Shown here one piece after another: positions 51,180 through 61,246 of a DNA stretch of 64,000 nt. Positions within the stretch are counted from its first letter, which is position 1. Every line of letters begins with the position of its first letter. The position numbers and the translations under genes are program-made. This DNA comes from Gammaproteobacteria bacterium (GTDB lineage Bacteria; Pseudomonadota; Gammaproteobacteria; G965277405), in contig OZ255726.1 in assembly GCA_965277405.1 (NCBI GenBank), positions 128,001 to 192,000 of the forward strand. Direction: 5' to 3'. The notes beneath the pieces are model-generated. The model made no database searches, had not been told where the DNA came from, and saw only the letters and a list, made by a program, of their open reading frames with translations.

Positions 51180-52418
51180 ATGAAACATATTAGATCTTTA
51201 GCCGCAGGTGCTGTTTTGCTGGCTGCACCAGCGCTTGCAGTAGAAATTGAAGTTGCCTATCCATATGGTTATTTACTTGGAGTTACGTATGAAAAAATCA
51301 TGGTCGAGTTTAACAAACAGCATCCTGATATCGACGTTAAATTCCGCGCACATTACGAAAATTACGAAGATGCAACGAATACTATTTTACGCGAAGCTGT
51401 ATCAGGAAACCTGCCAGATGTCACATTGCAAGGCTTAAATCGCCAAGCAATTTTAGTAGAAAAAGGCATCGCTAAATCACTCGACCCGTTCATCGCACAA
51501 GAAGCTGATTTTAAACAAGATGGTTATCACGATGCGATGTTGCGGCTGTCTAGATTCAACAATCAAATTTATGGTATCCCGTTTGCCATCTCAATGCCTA
51601 TTGGTTACTACAACATGGATATCATGAACAAAGCAGGTGTAGCTACCATGCCAACCACATGGGATGATGTAATCTCTGCTTGCCATAAAATGCAAAAAAT
51701 TGGCATTAGAAACCCTGTTTTCTGGGGGTGGAATATTACAGGGAACTGGTTTCTGCAAGCGTTGCTGTGGTCACAAGGCGTCCCGATTATTAAAGATAAT
51801 AAAATTAATTTTGATGGCAAAGCAGGCCTGACTGCATTTGAGACAATGAAGAAAATCTTCCGTGACTGTAAAATGCAAAATCTTTCAAATATAGATTCTT
51901 TGTCTGCGTTCACCTCTGGTGAAATTGGGATGATGTTCACGTCAACTTCGGAAGTTGGCACTGTTGAACGTACTAAAAGTGATTTTGAACTAAAAACTGA
52001 TGTATTCCCAGGAGTTGGCAAAAGTCCAATAGCTTTACCTGCTGGTGGCAATGCGGCATTGCTGGTTTCAACGTCTACAGACCCGCAACGTGTGGCTGCT
52101 GCATGGCAATTTATAAAATTCATTACCTCTGGTATTGGCGCAGCTGCTGTTGCTGAAACAACTGGCTATATACCGCCAAACAAAGCTGCCAACGAACTTA
52201 TTCTAGCCGACTTTTACAAACGCAATCCAAATAAAGAAACAGCTTTTCGTCAATTGCCGTTATTGCGCAATTGGCTGGCATATCCAGGGGCTAATGGCCT
52301 GGCTATTACCCAAGTTATTTATGATGGGATTGAGGGAATTGTTGTTGGCGAAACCAATGACATGAAGGAATTACAACAACAACTTACCGCAGAAGTCTCA
52401 GATTTATTGCCGCAATAA
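51180..52418 (+). CDS. ABC substrate-binding protein (UgpB-like, family 1)
   Basis: Signal peptide, YGIPF...YYN, AAWQFIKF, TGY.P. Confidence 0.88.
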   Translation: MKHIRSLAAGAVLLAAPALAVEIEVAYPYGYLLGVTYEKIMVEFNKQHPDIDVKFRAHYENYEDATNTILREAVSGNLPDVTLQGLNRQAILVEKGIAKSLDPFIAQEADFKQDGYHDAMLRLSRFNNQIYGIPFAISMPIGYYNMDIMNKAGVATMPTTWDDVISACHKMQKIGIRNPVFWGWNITGNWFLQALLWSQGVPIIKDNKINFDGKAGLTAFETMKKIFRDCKMQNLSNIDSLSAFTSGEIGMMFTSTSEVGTVERTKSDFELKTDVFPGVGKSPIALPAGGNAALLVSTSTDPQRVAAAWQFIKFITSGIGAAAVAETTGYIPPNKAANELILADFYKRNPNKETAFRQLPLLRNWLAYPGANGLAITQVIYDGIEGIVVGETNDMKELQQQLTAEVSDLLPQ

Positions 52419-52541
52419 TCGGCTAATTAAACTTATACTTGAATGGAGGAGCAGCGACAATGCTCTCCTCTATTCCATAATCACCTCGCGCATACCAAAT
52501 TATATAATGGTTACACCCAACAACTTTCCAGGGAGAATTGT

Positions 52542-53309
52542 ATGAGCTTTATACAAATTACCGACACTCATTTTATTCCTAAAGGTCAACTTCTGTATGG
52601 TCTAGACCCTTACAAACGTCTCCAGGCAGGTATTGATTTGATTAATAAAGAGCACAATGACGCTGACTTTGTTTTAGTCACAGGCGATCTAGCCGATTTG
52701 GGGGACAAAGAAGCCTACATCCAGTTGCAAGAGGTCGTCGCGCCTTTAACAATACCCATTCATTTTATGATGGGTAACCACGACAGCAGAGCTCCTTTTC
52801 GTGAAATATTTACCAATGTAGCGGAAATTGAGGGGGGCTTTTTTCAATATGCTGTAGAAACAGATACAATGCGTATTGTATGCCTTGATTCACTAATTGA
52901 CATCCCAGGAGTTCATCAAGGGCAATTATGTGAAACGCGCCTTCGCTGGCTTGATGCGGAGATAGCAGCAACGCCATCTGATAAAAAATTAGTTATAGCA
53001 AACCATCACCCACCATTCGATTTGGGTATAGCTGAGATGGACAAAATAAAACTTACAGACAGCGATGCCTTTCAAGAAGTTTTAGAAAAGCGCAAACCTG
53101 ATCTGTTGATATTCGGGCATATTCATCTCCCTATATCTGGAAATTGGCGCGGCATCCCTTTTCACATTCAACGCGGCTTCAATCATCAAGGTGCCCTTAA
53201 TTTCGTCGATGATACTCCATGTATATTCATCGATGAAAACCCCGACATTGCTATCATTCGCCATACGCAAGATAGCATTCATGTCTTTACCAAATCTGTA
53301 AGCGTGTAA
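52542..53309 (+). CDS. Metallophosphoesterase (GpdQ/CpdA-like phosphodiesterase)
   Basis: DTH, TGDLAD, GNHD, HHPP, GHIH; GGGAGA RBS. Confidence 0.9.
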   Translation: MSFIQITDTHFIPKGQLLYGLDPYKRLQAGIDLINKEHNDADFVLVTGDLADLGDKEAYIQLQEVVAPLTIPIHFMMGNHDSRAPFREIFTNVAEIEGGFFQYAVETDTMRIVCLDSLIDIPGVHQGQLCETRLRWLDAEIAATPSDKKLVIANHHPPFDLGIAEMDKIKLTDSDAFQEVLEKRKPDLLIFGHIHLPISGNWRGIPFHIQRGFNHQGALNFVDDTPCIFIDENPDIAIIRHTQDSIHVFTKSVSV

Positions 53310-53484
53310 TCCCAATCATATCAACAATCAGCAAGACGATTGCATCAGCCAAAAATTTATCGGACTTGCTCTCAAATGTGAACGCAGCTATACAATTACC
53401 CATGCTCGACCACCAGTGCGCGTCAGTGCGCATATGGGGTTGCGGACTTAACTAAATACGCGACTCCAGCAAAGCATCAACCAA

Positions 53485-53520
53485 CAAACTCGTTCCATCA
53501 GCGAGTTAATCAGAGGTTCC
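53485..53520 (+). mobile_element. MITE right-end fragment
   Basis: caaactcgttccatcagcgagttaatcagaggttcc followed by ATAA. Confidence 0.85.
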
Positions 53521-53523
53521 ATA

Positions 53524-53628
53524 AACTATGGTGGTCATATACATACAGGCGGGTATGCAAGCCGTTGCTGCGGCTTCTAATAACCGCGGCAGCTTTTCAT
53601 TGGCGTAATCGTTGTCATTTAAAGGCAT
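53524..53628 (-). pseudogene. 5' remnant of a second desaturase copy
   Basis: Begins MPLNDNDY like the gene starting at 47609, frameshifts, and ends at the MITE fragment. Confidence 0.85.
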
Positions 53629-53660
53629 TGCATTCTTTGGATAGCATTCGTTGGGATGTG

Positions 53661-53682
53661 GTTTCATAAAAAATTCATAATT
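53661..53682 (+). promoter_or_regulatory. Pho-box-like direct repeat, copy 2
   Basis: GTTTCATAAAA-AATTCATAATT upstream of phoX. Confidence 0.55.
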
Positions 53683-53810
53683 GATGGGATTTTATATCCA
53701 AACTACAGACAACAGTAAAGTAGTTATACAAACACTGTCGGCATTACAGAGATATTGGGGTTTCGACGTGAGGCAGACGTTTGATTTTTTACATACACCA
53801 GGTGAAAAAT

Positions 53811-55706
53811 ATGAAAGAACAATATACAGAGACGAGTACAGTAGACTTTAATCGTTGCATTGCAAAAATGATATCACGACGTGATTTTTTACAGCGCAGC
53901 GCGCTTGGTTTGAGTGGTTTTGCAGCAGCGGCTACCTTGCCAAACATCTCATTCGCGAATACACCATCTGCAGTGCTTGGTTTTAACCACATAGCTGCAA
54001 ATAGTCATGATACTGTTACGCTAGCGACTGGCTATAACTGGAACGTACTTGTGTCGTGGGGTGATCCATTGTTTCCTCAAGCCCCAGTTTTTGATAACGA
54101 TACTCGTGGCAATAGCACCAGCCAAATGCTGGCGTTTGGTGATAACAACGATGGTATGGCTTTATTTCCAATCAGCGATGACCATGCAGTTGTGGCAATC
54201 AATAATGAATACATCAACATGGATTCTTTTTATCCAAACGGCAAAGTGGCAAGTGCGGATGATGTAAAAAAATGCAAAGCTGCACATGGTGTGAGTGTAT
54301 TTGAAATTAAAAAAACAGCCACTGGCGGTTGGCAAATACACCTTGACGGTCAACGTAACCGCCGTATTACCGCAGACACGCCGATGATGATTACAGGACC
54401 AGCACGTGGCAATGAACATCTGCATACTGCAGCTGATCCAAACGGCATTCTAGCATTAGGCACATGGAATAATTGCGGAAATGGGCAAACTCCTTGGGGA
54501 ACTTATCTTACATGTGAAGAGAATTTCAATAGTTATTTTGCTAGTGATGATAGTAATTATACCCCAACCACGATGCATACCCGCTATGGAGTTGGTGTGA
54601 AGGATAGAGGATATAGCTGGTATAAATACGACCGTCGCTTTGATATTAGCAAAGCGCCAAATGAGCCAAATCGTTGTGGCTATATCGTTGAAATTGACCC
54701 ACATAACCCTGACAGCATGCCGAAAAAACTTACAGCGCTTGGTCGATTTAAGCACGAAAACGCTGAAGTTGTTGTTGCCAGCAATGGTCAAGTCGTTGTG
54801 TATATGGGTGATGATGAACGCGGTGAATATTTGTATAAGTTTGTCAGCAACAACAAATACCAACCTGGCGATACTACCCACAACTCCAACTTGTTAGACG
54901 AAGGAAAACTATATGTAGCGCGCTTTGACCCAACCGACAAGTTAGCAGGAGACGGCCATTGGATTGAGTTGCGCTATGGCATCAATGGCTTGGACAAAGC
55001 TAACGGGTTTAACAACCAAGCCGAGGTCTGTATATTTGCAAGACACGCAGCAACAGTTGTGCGGGCAACAACGATGGACCGTCCAGAATGGGTCGCGGCA
55101 CATCCGCATAAAGCCGAGGTGTATTGCACTTTAACGAATAATAAAAATCGTGGCATTAAGAAAAATGCAGGTGGGGTTGAGCAAGTTATTGGCGGACCCA
55201 ATCCACGTAAAAAAAACATTTATGGTCAAATTGTGCGCTGGCGGCCTGCCAATGGTGACCACCTAGCAAGTGACTTTATTTGGGATTTATTTGTGATTGC
55301 TGGCAATCCATCCGTCCATGCAACTGGCTTAAAAGCAGGTTCAAATAATATTACCGCTGAAAATATGTTTAATTCTCCAGATGGTATTAAGTTTGATAAT
55401 GGCGGACGGCTTTGGATTCAAACCGATGGCAAGTATTCAAACAAAGGTGAGTTTGCTGGAATGGGGAATAACCAAATGCTCTGCGCCGATACACAAACGG
55501 GAGAAATCCGTCGCTTTATGGTTGGTCCTATTGCCTGTGAGATTACTGGTGCAATGTTCACAGCAGACCATACAACAATGTTTGTTGGTATCCAGCATCC
55601 AGGTGAAAAAAACGCTGGGTCTAGTTTTCCTGGGGGCGGTGCAACTGTACCACGTTCATCAGTTATTGCTATTCGCAAAAATGATGGCGGTGTTATTGGC
55701 AGCTAG
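53811..55706 (+). CDS. phoX: Alkaline phosphatase PhoX
   Basis: Tat signal SRRDFL, GDNNDGM, NNEY, TPWGTYLTCEEN, GRFKHE, MDRPE, EITG, IQHPGE. Confidence 0.95.
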   Translation: MKEQYTETSTVDFNRCIAKMISRRDFLQRSALGLSGFAAAATLPNISFANTPSAVLGFNHIAANSHDTVTLATGYNWNVLVSWGDPLFPQAPVFDNDTRGNSTSQMLAFGDNNDGMALFPISDDHAVVAINNEYINMDSFYPNGKVASADDVKKCKAAHGVSVFEIKKTATGGWQIHLDGQRNRRITADTPMMITGPARGNEHLHTAADPNGILALGTWNNCGNGQTPWGTYLTCEENFNSYFASDDSNYTPTTMHTRYGVGVKDRGYSWYKYDRRFDISKAPNEPNRCGYIVEIDPHNPDSMPKKLTALGRFKHENAEVVVASNGQVVVYMGDDERGEYLYKFVSNNKYQPGDTTHNSNLLDEGKLYVARFDPTDKLAGDGHWIELRYGINGLDKANGFNNQAEVCIFARHAATVVRATTMDRPEWVAAHPHKAEVYCTLTNNKNRGIKKNAGGVEQVIGGPNPRKKNIYGQIVRWRPANGDHLASDFIWDLFVIAGNPSVHATGLKAGSNNITAENMFNSPDGIKFDNGGRLWIQTDGKYSNKGEFAGMGNNQMLCADTQTGEIRRFMVGPIACEITGAMFTADHTTMFVGIQHPGEKNAGSSFPGGGATVPRSSVIAIRKNDGGVIGS

Positions 55707-55871
55707 TCCGATACATTGTAATATGTATGCTGTAACACAGCAAACTGGCGGTAGGTGCCAGTTGTTGTCGATGTCTGTAGCTGCTACATCAGTTCCTTGA
55801 TAAGCTACTTCTTTTAAACAGCAAATAATGTAAGGAGCACAATAACGAGTAATACTGCTGTGCTGCAATTT

Positions 55872-56837
55872 TCACATTATTTTCTCAAGCATATTTGGGT
55901 GGCTGATGGACAACATCATCCGTTTATATTTTGTTCTACTCCCCCTGTCAATCAGCCAGCCACGCACATATATCCGCGTACCTTGCCATTGTTTTACGTT
56001 TGCTGCCCCACCAAACCTCACCAAGTTTTTTGTGGCTATGCGCACAGCTAATGGCCCTTGCAAATCAATCCAGAGCGATTTTTTTGTCAATGTTACCCGT
56101 TCCACAACTCCATTTACCCGCCAGAATCCTGTTTGCTCGACACGCAGCGATTCTGCTGCAATCGAATTGTAGGTTGGCAACCCCCAAACACCGCGATTAT
56201 GCTGCAAAGCACGTTGTTCATACACAGAATAACAGCGCTGATGAGCATCATTTGGCACAATGGCAACAACCCAGCCATAGCCGCCATCGAGCAAGACAGC
56301 GGTTAAATTGACCGGTTGCTGCTGGTTAACATGGTGTTGTGCCCAAGGTTGGGTGAACAGCCGTTTAGCGAGCGTTGGCGTGATAAAAATATGCCCAAGA
56401 TTCCGTTTGTATCGGTCATGGGTATCGACTCCGTTATACCACTTAACGCTGGCATTGCGTAGCGGCTGTAATACCTGCTGCGCTTGACGAGCATACGCTT
56501 GCCCTATGTGGGTGTTTGTTGCAATTTCTGGGGTATTGATACCAATAAAGCGGATAATATCAGTATCAATTCGTACTGTATCACCATCATACACAACGGT
56601 GACAATTCCTTGTTTGAGTGGTCGCTGCGGCAAACACTCTGCAAGTTGTTGTGCAGATAACGGCATTGCCCATATCAGCAATGCAAGTATCAACAGCCGT
56701 GTGCGCAAGCTGTGTTTAAATCGATGATGCGCGGCAAAATCAGTGCCACGCCAGGCTATACAGCGCCCTGCCATATCCTTTTCAACACAGCCACATAGTA
56801 TTGCTGCGTATTGCTTGCGCATACTCTTGACCTGCAA
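55872..56837 (-). CDS. Thermonuclease (SNase-like) with a C-terminal OB-like domain; start uncertain
   Basis: VYDGDT, IRFIGINTPE, DRYKRNLG, RGVW. Confidence 0.85.
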   Translation of the reverse strand: MQVKSMRKQYAAILCGCVEKDMAGRCIAWRGTDFAAHHRFKHSLRTRLLILALLIWAMPLSAQQLAECLPQRPLKQGIVTVVYDGDTVRIDTDIIRFIGINTPEIATNTHIGQAYARQAQQVLQPLRNASVKWYNGVDTHDRYKRNLGHIFITPTLAKRLFTQPWAQHHVNQQQPVNLTAVLLDGGYGWVVAIVPNDAHQRCYSVYEQRALQHNRGVWGLPTYNSIAAESLRVEQTGFWRVNGVVERVTLTKKSLWIDLQGPLAVRIATKNLVRFGGAANVKQWQGTRIYVRGWLIDRGSRTKYKRMMLSISHPNMLEKIM

Positions 56838-56878
56838 TTATATTAAAAACCGTTGGCAACAAATGCTACGCTAATGTA

Positions 56879-56923
56879 GTTTTTTCTCCGTCTCGCCCCA
56901 TCATGGACTTAATCAGAGCTTCC
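56879..56923 (-). mobile_element. MITE left-end fragment abutting the IS
   Basis: tttttctccgtctcgcccc...catggacttaatcagagcttcc followed by CTAA. Confidence 0.88.
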
Positions 56924-56927
56924 CTAA

Positions 56928-58148
56928 GGAAGCTCTGGTTAAGTCCCAAACAACAGCAATATCAGCTACAAAGATATACAATGGTGAATCTATTTGAATA
57001 TTTGAATAAGCGGATAATCTTATGAAACAAACAACTTTTGCCAGTGCTGCATACGACCACAAGAAAGTAACAACAAAACGTGAAAAATTCTTGCAGTTAA
57101 TGTACAAATTAGCTCCATGGCAACAGTTGTTAGAGTTAATAGAACCGCATTATCTCAAGAAAGGGAATGGCCGCCCACCGATTAATATGCAGACCATGTT
57201 ACGCATTTATTTTTTACAGCAATGGTACAACTTATCAGACCCAGGGGTAGAAGAAGCACTATATGACATGGAAAGCATGCGGCGTTTTGCCCATATAGAG
57301 CTGATAGACGATGCCATCCCTGATGAAACTACCATCTTGAACTTGCCCGCAGGATCATAGAAAAACATCAACTCAGCGTCAAGATACTTGCTGTCGTGAA
57401 TGAGTATTGTATGGAAAATAATATAATAATCTCACAAGGGACAATGGTTGATGCCACGACCATCAATGCGCCATCATCTACGAAGAATAAAGAGAAAAAA
57501 CGGGATCCTGAAATGCATCAAACCCGCAAAGGCAATCAGTGGTATTTTGGCATGAAGATTCATATAGGAACTGACGCTAATAGCAATATGATTCATAGCG
57601 CGACAGTTACAGCCGCGAATGAAGCTGACATCAATGAACTCCCAAAATTGCTGCGTAAAACAGACAAGGTTATCTTTGCCGATGCAGGATATACGAGCGA
57701 CAGTTATAAACGCGGCTCGCGTCACCTTGGGATAGATTGGCGCGTGAATGATAAACGTAAACCAAAGCAGCAAATGAGCGGCTCGCAGCGCCAACGCAAT
57801 AGACAGAACTCTAAGGTGCGCGCCCGGATTGAGCACTGTTTTCGGGTAATCAAATGTCAGTTTGGTTATAAGAAAGCTCGCTACAAAGGACTAGAAAAGA
57901 ATCGAGTACAAGTATTTTCTTTGCTTGCATTGACGAACTTATACATGCTGCGAGGACGACTAACAGGATAGAACCGCCCAAAATTCAAGAAAAACAATAA
58001 AAAACAGTAAAAAACAGTAAAAAACAGTAAAACAGCAACACGAAGATCAGCGAAATGATCAAATATTGACCATTGAAAATTATTGCTATTATTTTTTTGG
58101 AGTATATACGAGTTATTGGAGTATATGAGCGTCTTAATCAGAGCTTCC
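56928..58148 (+). mobile_element. IS5-family (IS5 subgroup) insertion sequence, 1221 bp
   Basis: TIRs GGAAGCTCTGGTTAAG / CTTAATCAGAGCTTCC enclosing a DDE transposase. Confidence 0.93.
57022..57971 (+). pseudogene. IS5 transposase, frameshifted near 57343
   Basis: MLRIYFLQQWYNLSDP..EE, PDETTILN, then two extra bases; VDAT, RDPEMHQT.KGNQWYFGMK.HIG, ADAGY, RARIEH.F..IK.QFGY. Confidence 0.93.
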
Positions 58149-58152
58149 TTAG

Positions 58153-58445
58153 GGAAGCTCTGATTAAGTCGCTGATGGAGCGAGGTTGCCTGCAATTGCT
58201 GATGATTGCAAGGCGCAAACCGCTAAGCGCATGCCGAGCTATACGCCAAGGGATGCAACACAGCAAGTACCGCTTGTAGGCAAACCATCATCTATTCAAT
58301 AGAAGGCCGGGAAAAAACGCTGCGCTAACGTCGTTGCAGCACTTGGCAGCACCCACAAGACCACCAGTATTATCTGCGCACTGCGTCTAGTTATCATCAG
58401 CGTTTTTTCTCCGTCTCGCCCATCATGGACTTAATCAGAGCTTCC
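58153..58445 (-). mobile_element. Full-length MITE (293 bp) abutting the IS right end
   Basis: Perfect TIRs; flanks TTAG / CTAA. Confidence 0.95.
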
Positions 58446-58475
58446 CTAAGCAAAAGTTCATTGACCAATAGCTGC

Positions 58476-59570
58476 TTACGCGCGACGTTCAAACTCCTGC
58501 ATAAAACCAATCAACGCATCAACTGATGCCTCGCTAACAGGATTATATAAACTTGCTCGCAACCCGCCAACAGACAAATGGCCTTTTAACCCGAGCATAT
58601 CGTGCCCAGTTGCTTGTTGCAGAAACTGCTGATGTAACAATTCATCTGTGCAGGTGAAGGGGATGTTCATCAATGAGCGAAATTGCGTTGGTATAATATT
58701 TTCGTACAATGTAGAGTTATCAATCATTGCATACAGTTTCCCCGCCTTTTTTTGGTTTACAGCATGGATACCTGCTATACCACCTTGGCTCTTAAGCCAA
58801 TCAAGCACCAATCCTGTTACATACATCGCAAAGGTATTAGGGGTGTTGAGCATCGATTTTTGTTGAACTTGCGCCTGATATTGTAAAGCGATCGGGCAAT
58901 GTGGCGCAGGCGTGCGCGCGAGTAAATTTCTATCTATCATTGCCACGCTCAACCCTGCTGGCCCAAGATTTTTTTGCATGCAAGCGTAGACCATGCCATG
59001 GGCACCGTAGTTAAACGGCTCACTCAGAATTGCTGATGAATAATCAGCAATCAATGGCGATGCTGTCTGCGGTTTACCGACGCGAATACCATTGATAGTT
59101 TCATTCGGACAATAATGTACATACGAATATTTGCCGCTAGTAAGCTCGTTGGACATCCCATAGTTGTCCCAATCAATATTCCGCGCTGTCTCATTGGTAT
59201 ACTGTTGTTGTATTATTGGTGGTAGCGCAGCAGCCATGGCTTTTCCGTGCGCAGCAGCACGATTTGACCAATACCCGCTGACCCAATATGCACTTGGGGT
59301 ATCCACAAGACCTAGGTTTAATGGAATGATCCCAAAATGGACTTGCGCACCTCCTGACATGAAGACTATCTCATGGCTATCTGGTAACTGAGTCAGTTGG
59401 CGAAATGCATCATACATGTGTTGATAACAATCCATAAATTGCTTGGAGCGATGGCTGATTTCAAATGCTGAAACACCCTGGCCGTGCCAATTTCCTAATT
59501 CCTCCTTAATCCGTGCAACAACAATAGCTGGCAGCCCCGTTGGCCCAGCTGAAAAATTGTGAACTGTCAC
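58476..59570 (-). CDS. serC: Phosphoserine aminotransferase
   Basis: NFSAGP, EISHRS, NETI.G, QKNLGPAG, NTP, RSLMN, GH.SVGG.RAS.YN. Confidence 0.96.
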   Translation of the reverse strand: MTVHNFSAGPTGLPAIVVARIKEELGNWHGQGVSAFEISHRSKQFMDCYQHMYDAFRQLTQLPDSHEIVFMSGGAQVHFGIIPLNLGLVDTPSAYWVSGYWSNRAAAHGKAMAAALPPIIQQQYTNETARNIDWDNYGMSNELTSGKYSYVHYCPNETINGIRVGKPQTASPLIADYSSAILSEPFNYGAHGMVYACMQKNLGPAGLSVAMIDRNLLARTPAPHCPIALQYQAQVQQKSMLNTPNTFAMYVTGLVLDWLKSQGGIAGIHAVNQKKAGKLYAMIDNSTLYENIIPTQFRSLMNIPFTCTDELLHQQFLQQATGHDMLGLKGHLSVGGLRASLYNPVSEASVDALIGFMQEFERRA

Positions 59571-60133
59571 TCGATTTTACTCCATTGCTCGAGTACAGCA
59601 TCTTGCCATACGCGGTGATTGAGCTCACCAACATGTCGGTAGGCAATATCACCGTTAGCAGTGACCAACAGCGTGACAGGGAGCGCATCAATACCTAATC
59701 TAGCCGCAATCTGCCCCTGCGGGTCAAATATTGTCTGCGCGTACGGGTTTCCAAGCGTCGCTAACCAGAGCTTGGCTGCGGCAACATCATTTTTATAGTT
59801 TAGACCAACAATTGGAATTTTTTGTCTGTTGAGCGATAACATGAATGGGTGCTCAACTCTACAAATGGGACACCAACTGGCAAAACTGTTGATGATATAA
59901 GCGGTTTTTGGTAAGTCTTGATTGCTGATTGTCGTACCATCTAGCGTCGCTGCTGTGAAAATTGGAACACTGGTGACAGACGGTGCAACAAGGTTCAATA
60001 ACTCTTGGCTATATTGACTGCTAAGCCATAGTCCACCAATGATGAACAAGGCTACAAGCGCAATTTTTTTTTGACGAGTAGATGGCGCATCTCTATTTGC
60101 TGGTAGGGTGTGCTGACGGACTATTCCAAACAT
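59567..60133 (-). CDS. DsbE/CcmG thiol:disulfide interchange protein
   Basis: N-terminal TM helix, FASWCPICRVEHP, GLNYK, LGNPY. Confidence 0.85.
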   Translation of the reverse strand: MFGIVRQHTLPANRDAPSTRQKKIALVALFIIGGLWLSSQYSQELLNLVAPSVTSVPIFTAATLDGTTISNQDLPKTAYIINSFASWCPICRVEHPFMLSLNRQKIPIVGLNYKNDVAAAKLWLATLGNPYAQTIFDPQGQIAARLGIDALPVTLLVTANGDIAYRHVGELNHRVWQDAVLEQWSKIE

Positions 60134-60139
60134 CTATAG

Positions 60140-60295
60140 TGAACCTCTGCTTAAGTCCATGATGGGCGAGACGGAGAAAAAACGCTGAATGATAACAAGA
60201 CGCAACAATCGAATACACCCAAACTGTTGCTTACTTTTATTATCAGGAACTTAGACTTAAGCCGCTGATGCAGCACATTAATAATCAGAAATTCC
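60140..60295. mobile_element. Mosaic of MITE end remnants
   Basis: Left end at 60140-60204 (gaacctctgcttaagtccatgatgggcgagacgg); degenerate TIR pair at 60246-60295. Confidence 0.75.
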
Positions 60296-60354
60296 ATACA
60301 TACGCTATGAGAAGAATGCAAAATTGTACCGCGTAGTTATTCACGTACGCGTAG

Positions 60355-61002
60355 TTATTCACGTACAGATACGGCGAACAACCGGCTGCGAGTTGATATA
60401 ATACGCATGATTGTTGTTAACCAACATAAACTCCCGTATCCCAATGTCAACCATACAATATATTTGGGGAAAAGGCACATTGCACCGAGCACGAGAATAG
60501 TTTCAAACCCTTCAGTTGGACCGTTGGTTATATATGCGATACTTTTGTCCTCGCTACCAACAACATCTATCTTGTTCTGCGCAGCAATAATGGAAAAAGC
60601 CAAAAATGTTGTCCCCGTACCAACAAATGAAACGACCATGTATACGATGGCAATCACTGTGACGCTATCAACAAGCGTGTTGCTCAACTCCCCGACCGCA
60701 AAGCTGGCTGCAAAAGCCGCATACCAAATAAAATCGAGGACAATATCAAGAAATCCACCCCAATCGCTTTGTTGTTGATGTGTCCTTGCATAGCTGCCAT
60801 CAAGCCCATCGAATATTCTATTGAGTAACAAACATCCTAAACCGACAAGATACCAATGTAGAATAATTGCCGTACACCCAACCGTCCCAATGCTAAAGCC
60901 GACAACAGTTATATGATTTGCATGCAGCCACGGTCGATATGCTCGTTTACTCACGGCATCAAGCCATGGGTCAATTGTGTTGCGAATAGCGGTATCTATC
61001 AT
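60355..61002 (-). CDS. CDP-alcohol phosphatidyltransferase family (YnjF-like)
   Basis: N.IT, DGLDG..AR...GGFLDIVLD, TEGFET. Confidence 0.9.
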   Translation of the reverse strand: MIDTAIRNTIDPWLDAVSKRAYRPWLHANHITVVGFSIGTVGCTAIILHWYLVGLGCLLLNRIFDGLDGSYARTHQQQSDWGGFLDIVLDFIWYAAFAASFAVGELSNTLVDSVTVIAIVYMVVSFVGTGTTFLAFSIIAAQNKIDVVGSEDKSIAYITNGPTEGFETILVLGAMCLFPKYIVWLTLGYGSLCWLTTIMRIISTRSRLFAVSVRE

Positions 61003-61246
61003 TTGTTTCACCTGCTGACTATTACGTTTTCGCCTGATGCTGGTTGTCTGGTGGTATTGCATTGGTTTTCTCAAAGCAACCCTTAACAGTTATGGCGATC
61101 AGTGTCTTGATGGCTATTTTGGACTAACCGCGCCGCAAATTACCATAGCGAAATACCATAGCGAAAAAACTCATTCAAGAATACATCGATACCAGCAATC
61201 GTCCACAAACATTTAGCAACCTTGCATCTTGGTTGCAGCAAATTAT

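Noticed and set aside
52441-52476. Hairpin after the Ugp-like binding-protein gene as a terminator
   Set aside because: Imperfect stem with no U-tract; at most an mRNA-stabilising hairpin
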